A program made the position numbers and the translations under genes. Below the pieces are notes generated by a model. That model saw only the letters and a list, made by a program, of their open reading frames with translations, did no database searches and was not told where the DNA came from. DNA of 64,000 nt from Octopus vulgaris. Its lineage: Eukaryota. Location: contig OX597837.1 of the NCBI GenBank assembly GCA_951406725.2, positions 11,470,001 to 11,534,000 of the forward strand, written 5' to 3'. Below, one piece after another: positions 1 through 13,781 of this stretch (within the stretch, counting starts at the first letter, position 1; every line of letters starts with the position of its first letter).

Positions 1-49
1 AGTGTGTTAAATAATAAGGTACTAAAAGAGAATTACTCTCTCCAGACAC

Positions 50-53
<4 letters not shown>

Positions 54-102
<49 letters not shown>

Positions 103-126
103 TGTATATATATGTATGTATGTATG

Positions 127-184
<58 letters not shown>

Positions 185-196
185 TATATAAGTATC

Positions 197-232
<36 letters not shown>

Positions 233-250
233 TATATATATATACATATA

Positions 251-316
<66 letters not shown>
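54..316. repeat. Compound (TA)n/(TATG)n microsatellite, representative of dozens across the window
   Basis: Direct sequence. Similar tracts at 650-895, 16915-17283, 18455-19000, 20000-20430, 25480-25775, 36545-36845, 42190-42610, 49740-49862 and 60040-60560. Confidence 0.98.
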
Positions 317-317
<1 letters not shown>

Positions 318-350
318 TCATTGATTAAACCTCGCCAAGTTAAATATTTA

Positions 351-419
351 AACCACCTGATGAATGACTGTAACTCGAAAATTTAAAGAAATTAACACCC
401 ATGAAACGATCGTAGTGTT
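351..419 (+). ncRNA. Penelope-type minimal hammerhead ribozyme-like motif in a pLTR fragment
   Basis: aaccac-CTGATGA-atg...cat-GAAA-cgatcg-TA-gtgtt: intact core, palindromic stem III (ACGATCGT), short stem I (cac/gtg). Confidence 0.6.
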
Positions 420-645
420 ATATTAATTATATTTTTTTAATAATTTTGCTATATATTTAAATAATATAAATTAAATAATCTTATGTATTGGCTTAGGTTT
501 TTCATTGTATGATTTGCCTAATAATGGTTTTATCTCTAATATAATATAATATAATATAATATAATATTGTACTATAAAATTGGATTCAATCCTAAATCTG
601 ATTTTTCCCTGTAAGTTTGGATTTATTCCCTAATATTTATTATTA

Positions 646-677
<32 letters not shown>

Positions 678-773
678 GTATCATATATATATATATATAT
701 ATATGTATGTATACATATATATATATACATATACATATACATATATATAAATATATATATGTACGTATATGTA

Positions 774-1423
<650 letters not shown>

Positions 1424-1483
1424 TGTGTCTGGGGAGAGTCATTCTCTTTTAGTACCTTATTATTTAACACACTCACCGGTTCG

Positions 1484-1582
<99 letters not shown>

Positions 1583-1584
1583 GC

Positions 1585-1802
1585 AAAATGTTTGTTATAG
1601 GCATGTACAAGATAAAATCTTACATAAAACACTGCTAACACTTATAAAAATGGAGAAGAGATGTTAAAAGTTGAAATTAGAATTTAATTTCCACATACGA
1701 CCCTGTGTGGAAATTATATTCTCCTTTCCACTTTTAACATCTTCCCTTTTCCATTTTTCTAATCGTTAATAGAGTTATACTTGCCTATAACGAACTTTTT
1801 AC
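1585..1802. repeat. Imperfect ~215-bp palindrome (MITE/fold-back-like)
   Basis: gtttgttataggcatgta pairs with tacttgcctataacgaac; aaaaatgg...gatgttaaaagt...aatttccacata pairs with tgtgtggaaatt...acttttaacatc...ccattttt. Confidence 0.75.
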
Positions 1803-2261
1803 TTTCATATTTTCATATTTTAATTGCTCGCTTTAACAGGCAATCATTTTTGATATGATGAATATTTATTAGAAATATTTCTTTGGGGACTCCCCATAAA
1901 GTTTGGATTGTTCTACCTGAACTTTTTCTTTCTCTCTCTCTCTCTCTCTCTCACACACGCACACACATAATATATATATATATACAACATTCGACTGGAA
2001 TTTAGTGGAGGCATGAGGTATTATACGCGTGTGCGCACCCACACGTCAAGCTAATGCGTGTGTGTGTGTGTGTGTTTTTTTTTTTATTTTGATATATATA
2101 TTATATTTTGTGAAATTTGATTTAGTATTTCTAAATTGAATTTTTCCATGTAAGTTCGGAATACTATTCCCTCAAGTTATTATTATTATTATATATATAT
2201 TTTTTATTTTATTTTATCTAGTTTCAGCTCACGCGCTGTGGCCATGCTGGGGCACCGCCAT

Positions 2262-2470
2262 TCGCCATGATAGATCGTTAGCTCCTACACGCATTTTTTT
2301 CTATCCTTGTTTCTCTCCTTGTTTTTTTCTGTGTATCTTTCTGTCGAAGAGCGTAGGCTCGAAACATAAAAGACTTTTTCTATTCCTGAGCGCTATACTA
2401 ATACATATGTTTGTTTGTACACCACCTGCCTTCGTCTTTTGTTTATTTTCGTAAACTTTCCCTTTACATA
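2262..2470 (+). mobile_element. Non-autonomous Penelope-like pLTR fragment (family P1) with minimal hammerhead-like motif at 2336-2373
   Basis: tcttt-CTGTCGA-a-gagc-gtag-gctc-GAAAC-ATA-aaaga; homologous to 8180-8340, 13539-13710 and 59968-60035. Confidence 0.7.
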
Positions 2471-3378
2471 TATATATATATAATCTATAATAAGTCACAT
2501 TGTATATTTACATATGTGTGCGTGATGCGTGTATAAACGAAATACGATTTACGAGAAAATACTGTTGTTTGTGTAAAGAATCATCCATGTAAGGAATGGG
2601 CAGAAAGAATAAGAAATTGTAAAAGACAGAAGCAGCGAAAGATTCGGAGTTCTGAAGCCTTAGATAGAACCGCTACGTTAATGGTCGCAACAGAACTTTG
2701 GATGCAGTCGTTAAGCAGTTGATATAGCTAGACAACTGAGACGCATTATCTCGTAAAATATATGGTGAAATCTCGGTGAGTGAGATAGAAAGAGAAGCAA
2801 GGATTGAGGAAAGAAGTAAGATTAGGACACGTGACTAGAGAAAGAAATTGAAAACATCAATATGTTTCGATAACAAAACAGTTATTTAGGAAGAAAAGAA
2901 AATAAAACGAGAGAGAACATACATGATAATACTATAGGGAAATATGTTTCGCGTGGAGGAAGGAAAATAGGATTAGATGCAGGGTGGACGTTGTTGGCCG
3001 TCGATGCGTTATGGAGTCTTTATCGTGAAAAATAACTCTTACCAAAAACTTCTCCAAAGAATAATATAATTGAGATATCGCCTGCTGCACAACATGTATG
3101 AGGGAGCCTTTAGATTGTTACTCGGTCAAACAGAAATAGAAACCAAATCTTCGAAACGAAACAGAGTAGATTACGGAATCTATAAATATTTTGTGCAGTA
3201 ATGCTGTTGCTTGAGGAAATCTAACATAGATTGAATGGAGATAACAGGATGTTTGTAACACCAACAACCAATAAAAGAAAGTAATGTATGTATGTATTTA
3301 CGCATACGTGTGTGTGTGTATGTATGTGTTCCTCTATGTATATGTATACGTATCCATATTTCTCTATATATAAATATA

Positions 3379-4230
3379 CAGGATGCGATAGCTATATTGT
3401 CTCCATTCTATATTTTTAATTTCACGCATGAGCATGTTTGTTTTTAACTTTGTCGACTACATATTATAGTAGGGTCAGTTGAGCACCGTCTATGAGAAAA
3501 AATAACAGCACCATGACGTAAATCACTGCCAGAAATTTGAAAACCACATGCTGTACTGCTTGGCATTCGCGCCGGAATCTATAATACGAACATTGCGGGG
3601 TGTTTGGGTGTCAATATGTGGACATGTACTGAGAGTGATAAAAAAATAAAACAGCCAATCAACATCATGGTGTTTGGAGTGATCACTAGTGATGGCGACA
3701 TTGTGCCTCCAGTCACCTTCCAACACGATCTCAGACTCGACATCATGTGCCTGGAGGAGGTAGTGCTGCGCTGAGTCAAGAGGGTGGCTGCTAGAAGACC
3801 CTATGTCTGGAAACGGGACTCTGCACCATGCCACACAAGCAGGAGAACCCAGTCATGGCTGTCAAACAATTTCTGCCACCACATCATCCCTAAACATCTG
3901 GGCACCTAACTCCCCACACTGCAACCCCATTGATTATTATGTGTGTGGCACAGTTGAGCGAGAGACTAACAAAACTCCCTGCAACACCAAAGATGAACTG
4001 AAGGCAAGGATTATGGCAGCATTCACCAACTTAAATAAGAAGACGGTCCAGAAGAGTTGCGGGAGATTCCGAAGTTTCTGGAGGCCGTGGTTGAAGATAA
4101 TGGCGATTTTATTTAATAAATTTACTCTTTACTATTTCAAGATAACTTTATGTAATTTTGATAAATATATCTGTTAAAATAAGAAGTGAATGTTATTTTC
4201 ATTTTTGCGTTATTTAGACGACAGTTTATG
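3379..4230 (+). mobile_element. Internally deleted Tc1/mariner DD37D (maT-like) transposon remnant
   Basis: TA|CAGG start; IMVFGVITSDG; YVWKRDSAPCHTS...(+1 frameshift)...WAPNSPHCNPIDYYV with 37 residues between the two Asp; right TIR only partial. Confidence 0.85.
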
Positions 4231-4232
4231 TG

Positions 4233-4286
<54 letters not shown>

Positions 4287-4454
4287 AAGTATATATAATG
4301 TATTGATCCGTGAAGAAAAATTCGGTAAAAAATAAATGAATATATATGTACATATACATATATATATATATACTATATATACATATATATATATATATTT
4401 ATATATTTACCGATATATACATAAATGTAGTTCTATGTATTGGTGTATTTAAAT

Positions 4455-4523
<69 letters not shown>

Positions 4524-4779
4524 ATGAATATATATAGCGTAATCTATGTCACCGGCACGTGTGTGTTTTCACATCGTCTCGTGCAAGAAGCTGTTCCTTG
4601 TAGACGGAATCGCAGCACCGGAAAGTATATTCCAGGTCTTGTCTGAAGCAGCAAATTATAAACGGTAAAAAAACATCACGTTGGTATGTGTGCATGAGTG
4701 CTTGTGCATGTGCGAGAGTTTGTATGTATGTGTGTCCGTGTGCGTGTGTATGTGTGTGTGTATGTGTGAAGCAGTAGTC

Positions 4780-5340
4780 ACAAAAGGAAAATACCCCGAT
4801 ATATGGTGTGTCTTCTTTTTGTGATCATTATTTTTACAAATTCTTTGTTAGTTTATCGCTTAAAAGTGAGGAATGGTTTTAACGTTTCGGATTCTAGTCC
4901 TTCATCAGAAGAAGCAAAGAAATAAAAACAACACGGTGGAAAAACTAAAACTATGAGGAAAGGTGGTTGGAAAGAGTAAAAAGGGCGTTAAGGGCCACGT
5001 GGGAATGGTGTCGTGTTGGGGTGGGAATGAACAAAGGCGTATGAAAATAGGTAGGTGTTCAAGTACAGGAGGCTATCCCTTTATAGGCTTGGATATAGAG
5101 TGAGGTATCTGTGTAGGGATGTAGGATGCGTGTGGTTTCTTAGGAGTGGTGTACAGGCGTGCAAGTGTTGGAGGATAGTCGTGAGGAGTGGTGGAGTTGA
5201 GGACGGTGTGTAAGTTCAATTGTGTTGTGAGAGGAAGGCGTGAAAGTGGCGGAGGTGACAGGCGCGTTGGTGAGCTGAGTGGGAACGAAGATGAAACGCG
5301 GTGTTTGAGAAAAACACCGATGAAAAAATATTATAAACAG
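4780..5340 (-). mobile_element. Penelope-like pLTR/3' fragment with minimal hammerhead at 4877-4912
   Basis: Minus strand reads ttctt-CTGATGA-a-gga-ctagaa-tcc-GAAAC-GTT-aaaa, downstream of a C-rich tract. Confidence 0.6.
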
Positions 5341-5693
5341 TGAACACATTTTTTTAAATATCCTTAATATACACACGAATATATATGTGTGTGTGTGCGC
5401 GCACATAATATAAATATATGCTTATAAACGTATATACTTACACTCACACACACACACATATATGTATGTATATACATGCATATCCATCCATATAATATAT
5501 GTGTGTATATATATATAGATGTGTGTGTGTATATATATAATGTATATATATGTATGTGTGTGTAATAAACATATGTATATATATATATATACATGCATGT
5601 GTATGTATATACATGTATATACATATATATATATATATAGCAATGATAATGATATATGTTATTACAAAGTAGCATAGCATTACATTTAGTTCC

Positions 5694-5741
<48 letters not shown>

Positions 5742-6332
5742 AAGAAACTGCACTATTAGAGTAGGGCTGTGACTGCAACGGTGACTAATCGATGTAGTGG
5801 AAACATGTACAGGTCTATTTGATGCTTTATATATATATATATGTGTGTGTGTATATATATATATATATACAAAAACACACACATACATATACGTATATAT
5901 ATATATATGAACCTGTGTGCGAATGTGTGCCGTGTGTCTGTGTATGCACTCGTAGGTGTCTGGAAGCCGTTAATGGCAGTTTTTTTCTTCTTATCTCTTC
6001 CCTTTGATACGGTTCTTTGATACTTGGAACAATGCTGAAGAATGTGGCTATAAAAGGCAAGTCTGACACACTTGTACCACACCCGACCTCACCACCACCA
6101 CCACCACCACCAAACACACAGACACACAAACACACATACGCATTCTTGCATACATACATACATACATACATACATACATACATACATTTTCATATCGAAA
6201 CACATACATACTCGCATAGACAGATATAAACACATATACAGTTTAACACTTATAAAAGCATAAACATACACAGAAAATGGAAAAGCAACGTCTTAGAAGT
6301 CAAAATAAATACTTTAGAAGAAAACACACAAA

Positions 6333-6459
6333 AGAGGAGGAGGGGAGGAGGAGGGGTGGAGGAGGAGGAGGAGGAGGAGGAGGAATAAAGTCGGAGAGAA
6401 AGAAACAGAAACGTAAAAAAGGACCCAAAAGAAGTGAACTGAGAAAAACGAGACAGAGA

Positions 6460-6532
<73 letters not shown>

Positions 6533-6564
6533 GCTGGTGCTGGTGCTGGTGCTGGTGGTGGTGC

Positions 6565-6624
<60 letters not shown>

Positions 6625-6625
6625 C
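6333..6625. repeat. Trinucleotide repeats: (GGA)n, then (TAG)n-(GGT)n-(GCTGGT)n-(TAG)n
   Basis: Direct sequence. Confidence 0.95.
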
Positions 6626-6773
6626 AGAGAAGGGATGGGCATAACTTGAAAGCGAAAAAATGATATCGAAAATCATAGCGTCGGATGAAAATTGCCTTCA
6701 TTAACGAATGCGAAAGGAAATAGGCGCGTTCCCATCATCTGGGTTATTGTGGTTAAGGTTAAATGAGTGGTCG

Positions 6774-6955
6774 TGGAGGCATGTGACTAAGTGGTTAGTG
6801 GTTTCCGTCTCATGATCGTTAGATAGTGGTTTCGATTCTTCAGCCGGACGTTGCGTTGTGTTCTTGAGGAAAGGGCTTCTTTTCACGTTGGTCCAGTCAC
6901 TAAGCTGGCAAAAATGAATAATTCTGCGACGGAACGGTTTCCCATCCAGGGCGGG
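6774..6955 (+). mobile_element. tRNA-derived SINE family C (diverged copy)
   Basis: GGAGGC..TGACTAAGTGG (A box), GGTTTCGATTC (B box), then tgtgttcttgag; homologous to 40983-41200. Confidence 0.75.
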
Positions 6956-7097
6956 CGAAGGTGCATATATATATATATATATATATTCATTTATTTATAT
7001 TTATATTTGTATATTTATACATACATACAGACATACATATATATATATATATACATATATATACATACATATACATATACATACATACATATATATA

Positions 7098-7139
<42 letters not shown>

Positions 7140-7142
<3 letters not shown>

Positions 7143-7298
7143 GACGGACTTCTATACAGTTTCCGTCCACCAGATTCTCTCACAAAGCATACGATGGCTG
7201 GGGACCATAGAAGACAAGGTGCCGGGCAGTGGGACTGAAACCGAAACCATTTAGTAGTAGCAGAGCGAACCTTCTTAGCCAACAAGCTATGCCTGCAC
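7140..7298 (-). mobile_element. SINE family A, diverged 5' part
   Basis: Homology to the 5' half of 58164-58576. Confidence 0.7.
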
Positions 7299-7693
7299 CT
7301 TCTGTTGCACAATCTTGTCTGCTTTTGAAGAAAATTTAAGAAAGGCGGTGGTAGCGGTGGGGGGATAAATTTTATTTTGACAAGTAGTTAATAGAACTCT
7401 CATTTTCAGAGAGAATTTGTCGTTAATTAAACTGGAGGAGTTTGAAAGAATTAAAAGATAGTTTCAATTCAAAGACACCAAAGATTGAAGTTAATGACAG
7501 AGAAATCTATTATCGTTTGGCAAAATTTTATATCTTAATTCAGAAACATAATCTTGTACGAAGCAACAGATGAAAAGGTAGGCAACCAGCTGTTGATGTT
7601 GCGTTGCCATCCGAGCTGTTTTAGAGGTTGCTATGCAACTACGTGTATGCGGTTTCAATATCGTTTTACAGCATACAACCTCTTGCAAGTATC

Positions 7694-7760
<67 letters not shown>

Positions 7761-7791
7761 AAATAATTAATTAATTAGGATAATTATCAAT

Positions 7792-7980
7792 ATATTATTA
7801 GTGAATGGAATAAATGGAGTTGAACGAAGATTGTACAGAATTCCTTTTATTACATTCTACACATGTTTCAAAGGCCACAAATTTGGAAATTTGTGGCCTT
7901 TGAAACATGTGTAGAATGTAATAAAAGGAATTCTGTACAATCTTCGTTCAACTCCATTTATTCCATTCCACTAATAATAT
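7792..7980. repeat. Near-perfect palindrome with ~93-bp arms and a 2-nt centre (7885-7886)
   Basis: ...catgtttcaaaggccacaaattt-GG-aaatttgtggcctttgaaacatg...; I see one 1-nt indel between the arms. Confidence 0.95.
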
Positions 7981-8133
7981 TAAACTTCAATTATCCGCTC
8001 CAACGCACGGTTGCAACACCAAATGGTCTTATCTCCAACTGTGCTGTTTTCCGCTGTGATTTTTGCTACCCAGGTATCGGTTAAACCTTTGAATAATCTG
8101 TTACAAGAAAATTCATCTTTCTATTTCAACAAA

Positions 8134-8179
<46 letters not shown>

Positions 8180-8181
<2 letters not shown>

Positions 8182-8340
8182 AACCTTTTTTATCTTCTCT
8201 CCCTGTATATTTCTTCACATTTCTTTCTGACGAAGATCGTAGACTCGAAACGTAAAAGACTTTCTCATTTCCCGAGCGTTAAACTAATACATCTGTTTGT
8301 TGTTTACACACCCCTCTTTGTTTATTTGTAAATTCTCGCA
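8180..8340 (+). mobile_element. Penelope-like family P1 fragment with minimal hammerhead at 8222-8259
   Basis: tcttt-CTGACGA-a-gatcgtagactc-GAAAC-GTA-aaaga; stem II decayed. Confidence 0.7.
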
Positions 8341-9277
8341 ATATATGTGTATATATATATGTGTGTATATATATATATATGTGTATATATATATGTGTGT
8401 ATGTGTGTGTGTGTTTGTATGCGTGTGTGTGTATGTATATGTATCTATGTAAGTAAATCAATAACATCCCAGTGCTCAGCTGGTACTTACTTTATCGACC
8501 CCGAAACGATAGGAGGCAAAGTTGACTATGGAAGAATCTGAACTCAGAATATTGTAAAACTCGTAATAACGGGTTCAAGTTTTGGCTCGGGGCCAGCAAT
8601 TTTAGCAGAAGGAGTAAGTTGGTATCAACGCTCCCCAGTGCTTGACATATATTTCATTTTACCAACCCTGAGAGGATGGAAGGCAAAGTCCACCTCATCG
8701 GAATTTGTACCCGGAACGTAAAGACGAACGAAATTATGTTTATCTTACTAACAACCGTTCATATCAGAGATATTATACAAGGATCGTTACACAGTGTAAC
8801 AATCAGAACTTAAAACCAATAAATATTGTCAAATACCACCACTGCCACCGCCGCCGACGCCACTAAAAAAAAAATATATTTATTCCCAAAGATGGCTTAA
8901 TGATCCGAAATATTATCTTTTTAACAACTCATCTCGATTGTCGCCACCTATTAAAGGTAAATAAATAAATAAATAAATGTCTCATTTGTGTTGATAATGT
9001 ATCGGAAATGTCACACTTCCTGCCGAACATTTAAAAAAAAATCTCAGTGAAGAAACTACGTCAGCAGAGATGTGAGAGAGAAAGAAAGAAAGAGAGGATC
9101 AAATAGATAAATAAATAAATAATGTTTACTCTGCAATGCAGACACAATCATCAATATAGAGAATTTACAAGTAGCGCCGACTATTTTCTCTTTTCTATTC
9201 AACATTAGCTTTCTGTATATCGTATCATCCTATGAATACATCAATTACTTCCGCGCTCACACACACGCACACTCGTC

Positions 9278-9354
<77 letters not shown>

Positions 9355-9404
9355 TATATACGCTCTGCAGAAGGTGTACGCACGCCGCTATATGTATATA
9401 TATA

Positions 9405-9610
9405 TCCAAAAACCAGAGCAATAACGTAACGGACGACAATATAAACACACGGAGAGATGGACGATACAAGGACGGACATGAAAATCAGGACGGAACATTC
9501 ATGGCTTTCTATTCATCAGTCAAGTTTCCAATTATCACAACAGTTTCAGCCTGTTACACTTGAGACTGTTCAAAACTCTAAACTAAGGCCATTAACTTTT
9601 TGGAAGAGAG
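9405..9610 (-). mobile_element. Dispersed repeat (family P3) carrying a strand-permuted hammerhead-like motif at 9503-9570
   Basis: Homologous to 18672-18875; see findings. Confidence 0.65.
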
Positions 9611-10221
9611 CGGGCGAATATAAGCGACAACATGGCCAAAAAAAAACGAGAAAATGGAGAAAATGTTACAAGTGTACAAATACAAACAACAAGAATAACA
9701 ACAGGTGTCTTTCGACTAAAAAGGACAAGGTAAGTTATTACCCTTGAAATGAAGAATTACCCTTGTACCTTTCCATCTCTCTCTCACGCACAAACTCTCT
9801 CTCTCTTTCTCTCTTGTTCCTTCCCTAATTCTTCACACCCTACTTCTCTCTGTTCCTCCCACGTGACCGGTGCTCGGCCAAGCATGATCTTTCTTTCTTG
9901 GCCTGACCGCCGCTCGCACAACACCTTATTTTCCTGTCTCCTGGCTCACATCTACATTTCTGTTGCAAGGCTTCCACTTCACAAGCCAGCTTAACTTAAC
10001 TTTTCCTTTTAGTCGAAAGGACCTCGGCGGAATTTGAACTCAGAACGTAAAGACAGACGAAATACTCTCTAAGCATTTCGTCCAGCCTGATAACAATTCT
10101 GCCAGCTCGCCACCTCACACCAGCGAAATATTTGGACAGCGTTTTATTGATTCTACGCACCCTCAAAATCTCTGTTCCTGTATCAATGTTTGAAATAAAA
10201 CTGAGATGTATTTCTGGCGCA

Positions 10222-10476
10222 TACTCTTTTACTCTTTTACTTGTTTCAGTCATTTGACTGCGGCTATGCTGGAGCACCGACTTTAGTCGAGCAAATCAAC
10301 CCCGGGACTTGTTCTTTGTAAGCTCAGTACTTATTCTATCGGTCTCTTTTGCCGAACCGCTAAGTGATGGGAACGTAAACACACCAGCATCGGTTGTCAA
10401 GCAATGCTAGGGAGACAAACACAGACACACAAACACACCAGCATCGGTTGTCAAGCAAGGCTAGGGGAACAAACAA

Positions 10477-10537
<61 letters not shown>

Positions 10538-10699
10538 TACTACGGGCTTCTTTCAGTTTCCGTCTACCAAATCCACTCACAAGGCATTGGTCGGCCCGGG
10601 GCTATAGCAGAAGATACTTGCCCAAGATGCCACGCAGTGGGACTGAACCCGGAACCATGTGGTTGGTTAGCAAGCTACTTACCACACAGCCACTCCTCC
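10222..10699 (-). mobile_element. tRNA-derived SINE family A, near full length, with an internal duplication
   Basis: Matches 58164-58576; aaacacaccagcatcggttgtcaagcaa occurs twice; tail of (TAAAAGAG)n. Confidence 0.9.
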
Positions 10700-11037
10700 G
10701 CATGTTTAACAGTAATACCAAAGTCGAAGGTGAAGGCCGGGATTGGATTGGCGATCACATCCACCATAACCACAAATGCTGATTCTCTTTCATCTTCAGT
10801 CAAAGCAACAAATAACCGGAGAGCGAATCGCAAACTTGACGAGCAATCACGCCTCCTCCATGCTTCTTTCTACTCTGTCTGTTTGCCTGTTTTTATGTCT
10901 GTCTGTCTCTGTTACACTGTCCCCCCCCCTGTCTGTCTGTGATCCTTTCTCTCTCCCTTCCTCTTTCTCCTTCACTCAATGTCTATCTGCTTTTCTGCAT
11001 ATATGCTTCTCAATGCACGAATGTCTGTGTGTGTATA

Positions 11038-11095
<58 letters not shown>

Positions 11096-11206
11096 CATAT
11101 ACATACGTGTGTATGTACATATATATATGTATATATGTATATATATATATATATGTATGTATATATGTATGTATGTATATGTATATATACACACACACAC
11201 ACACAT

Positions 11207-11259
<53 letters not shown>

Positions 11260-11418
11260 CACATTTGTGTATATGAGTATGTGAGCATGTATATGTATGC
11301 ATGCGTAGATACTGTTTTCTTCTGTCAGCGCGCGCCAAAGTTACACACATACATACACACATACACACATACATTTATATAAACACACATACATACAAAT
11401 ATACACATACATACACAC

Positions 11419-11449
<31 letters not shown>

Positions 11450-11741
11450 TACATACATATAAATCAGTCCAAGGATTTATGCACAAGCATTCTATACTGT
11501 ATTTCTTTTGCGCATCACTTATTAGGCCATGGCCATGATGGAGCACTGCATTCCACAGAATAGTGAACCATATCGACACTGGCATTTATTGCAGTCTTTG
11601 AACGCTTTAATGGATTACTATATGCCGCACTATTGAGCATGAACCCTTTAATTCGGAAATTAGAGGAACCCTATGCGCTGTTGCAACGTCCATTATGTAT
11701 GTATATGTGTATGTATGTATGTATGTATGTATGTATGTATG

Positions 11742-11772
<31 letters not shown>

Positions 11773-11877
11773 GATTGTACACCGGTGTATATATGTATGT
11801 GTGTATATATATAGAGAGAGATAGAGAAATGGAGGGGGGAGAGAGAGAAAAAATGTGTAAATATATGCCTGCATTTA

Positions 11878-11935
<58 letters not shown>

Positions 11936-12002
11936 CATATATGTATGTATATATATATACATAGATACATACGCACGCATACGAACATTTTACACACACA
12001 TC

Positions 12003-12058
<56 letters not shown>

Positions 12059-12059
12059 T

Positions 12060-12099
<40 letters not shown>

Positions 12100-12127
12100 A
12101 TGTATATATGTATGTATGTATATATAC

Positions 12128-12179
<52 letters not shown>

Positions 12180-12557
12180 TCATACACACACACATATATA
12201 TATATATTATTGATGTACTTGAGACAAATGCGCCTTATTGGCTGACAGCATAATCGATGAATGCGAAATCATTCCAAGGAAGGGGCGTAGAAGAGAATAA
12301 AGAAACAAAGCAATCCGAACATGCAATTCTATGCATGTCTCTGCGCAATATATACATGGATATACTTATATGTGTATATATACATGCTTGTGTCGATCCA
12401 TTTTCTATGTATGTTTACATGCATGTATTTTTGTGTATTTCTATATTTGTATGTATTTAAACACGCATGTATGTATGTATGTATGTATTTATGTATGCGT
12501 GTGCGTGTAAATATGCATTTATATATATGCATGTATGCACATATGTATGTGTATATT

Positions 12558-13200
12558 GGTGCTACTTTAGCGTGCAGTCTTTTGCAGTAAGCTGTCTACG
12601 CTGTGAAATTACTTCTAACGTGCAGTCTACCTTTTCTTACGCTCTTCAACCCGAGTTAATTAAAACCATTACTATGCTGTTAAAGGATTCCTATAATCAT
12701 ATAGTTTTTACGTACAAAATAACAGGAACCATGGATGTAGAATTGATGGTCCTTGGGATTTTGGTCTGAAGCCAGGCTCTGACTGTCGATACCTCTTCGT
12801 GCGTGACAGGAACACTCTATTACCAATCACTGTGCTCGAATTTGAAAAAGATTCAGTAATTCACTCAGATGAATGGCTTGCGTATTCTAATCTAAATGTC
12901 ATCGGTTATCGCCATTTTACACTGAATCCTCAAGATGATTATGCGGGTCCAGTGACAGGAGCACATACTCAGGTTGGGAGGTCACCGTTGGATTCCAAAG
13001 CAACTATTTTAAAGAAAATGAGAGGCTTTGGTAGTGAGCTTCTCCAGTCTATTCATCCCTTTTCGTGTAATGTTTTGAGAAAAGATGCAGCAGATTTGTT
13101 AGTGACCATCCTAAATGATGTACGAAGCGTGTATCGTTAATTAAGATTTAAGTGTAAGTTATTAATAAATCATTATTCAATTTGTTTTTATCATCCTGTA
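12558..13200 (+). mobile_element. Merlin (IS1595-like DDE) transposon remnant
   Basis: RNHGCRIDGPWDFG...RDRNTLLPI...IHSDEWLAY..L..IGYRHFTLN...PVTGAHTQ matches Merlin/IS1595 transposase motifs; putative GG-starting left end at 12558. Confidence 0.8.
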
Positions 13201-13224
13201 GTATAAAGTTCTTATATATATATA

Positions 13225-13519
13225 CTAGCAGTATCGCCCGGCGTTACTCGGGATTGTTATGGAAATAACTATATAAGCATTTTTAGAGTTATAGCCAAAA
13301 AATAGCAAAAAAATGCAGTAAAAATGGAAAAAAATTTATGGTAATTTTTTTTAAATATCGTTGACTCATCGTAGACGCGCGCTAATACCCAGAAGGGCTC
13401 GATAGGAATCACGACTATAAGATACCCTGTTTTGGTTAAACTGCACCGCAAAATGTGGGAGTAGTTAGGAATCTAAATCGTAGGAGACAGACACACAACT
13501 TCACTTTTATATATAAAGA
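13225..13519 (-). mobile_element. Non-autonomous Helitron (295 bp)
   Basis: Minus strand reads A|TCtttatatataaaag...cccgagtaacgccgggcgatactgCTAG|T: 5' TC, GC-rich subterminal hairpin, 3' CTAG, inserted at A/T with no TSD. Confidence 0.85.
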
Positions 13520-13538
13520 TATATATATATATATATAT

Positions 13539-13710
13539 AACGGGAAAGTTTACGAAAATAAACAAAAGACGAAGGCAGGTGGAGTACAAACAAACAAATG
13601 TATTAGTATGGCGCTCAGGAATAGAAATAGAAAAAGTCTTTTACGTTTCGAGCCTACGCTCTTCAACAGAAAGATACACAGAAAAAAAAACAAGGAGAGA
13701 AGAGTAGAAA
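13539..13710 (-). mobile_element. Penelope-like family P1 fragment with minimal hammerhead-like motif at 13637-13674
   Basis: tcttt-CTGTTGA-a-gagc-gtag-gctc-GAAAC-GTA-aaaga. Confidence 0.7.
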
Positions 13711-13722
13711 ATAGATATATAT

Positions 13723-13780
<58 letters not shown>

Positions 13781-13781
<1 letters not shown>

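Noticed and set aside
2530-3280. Purine-rich stretch, possibly an old retroelement on the minus strand
   Set aside because: No diagnostic motif could be read.
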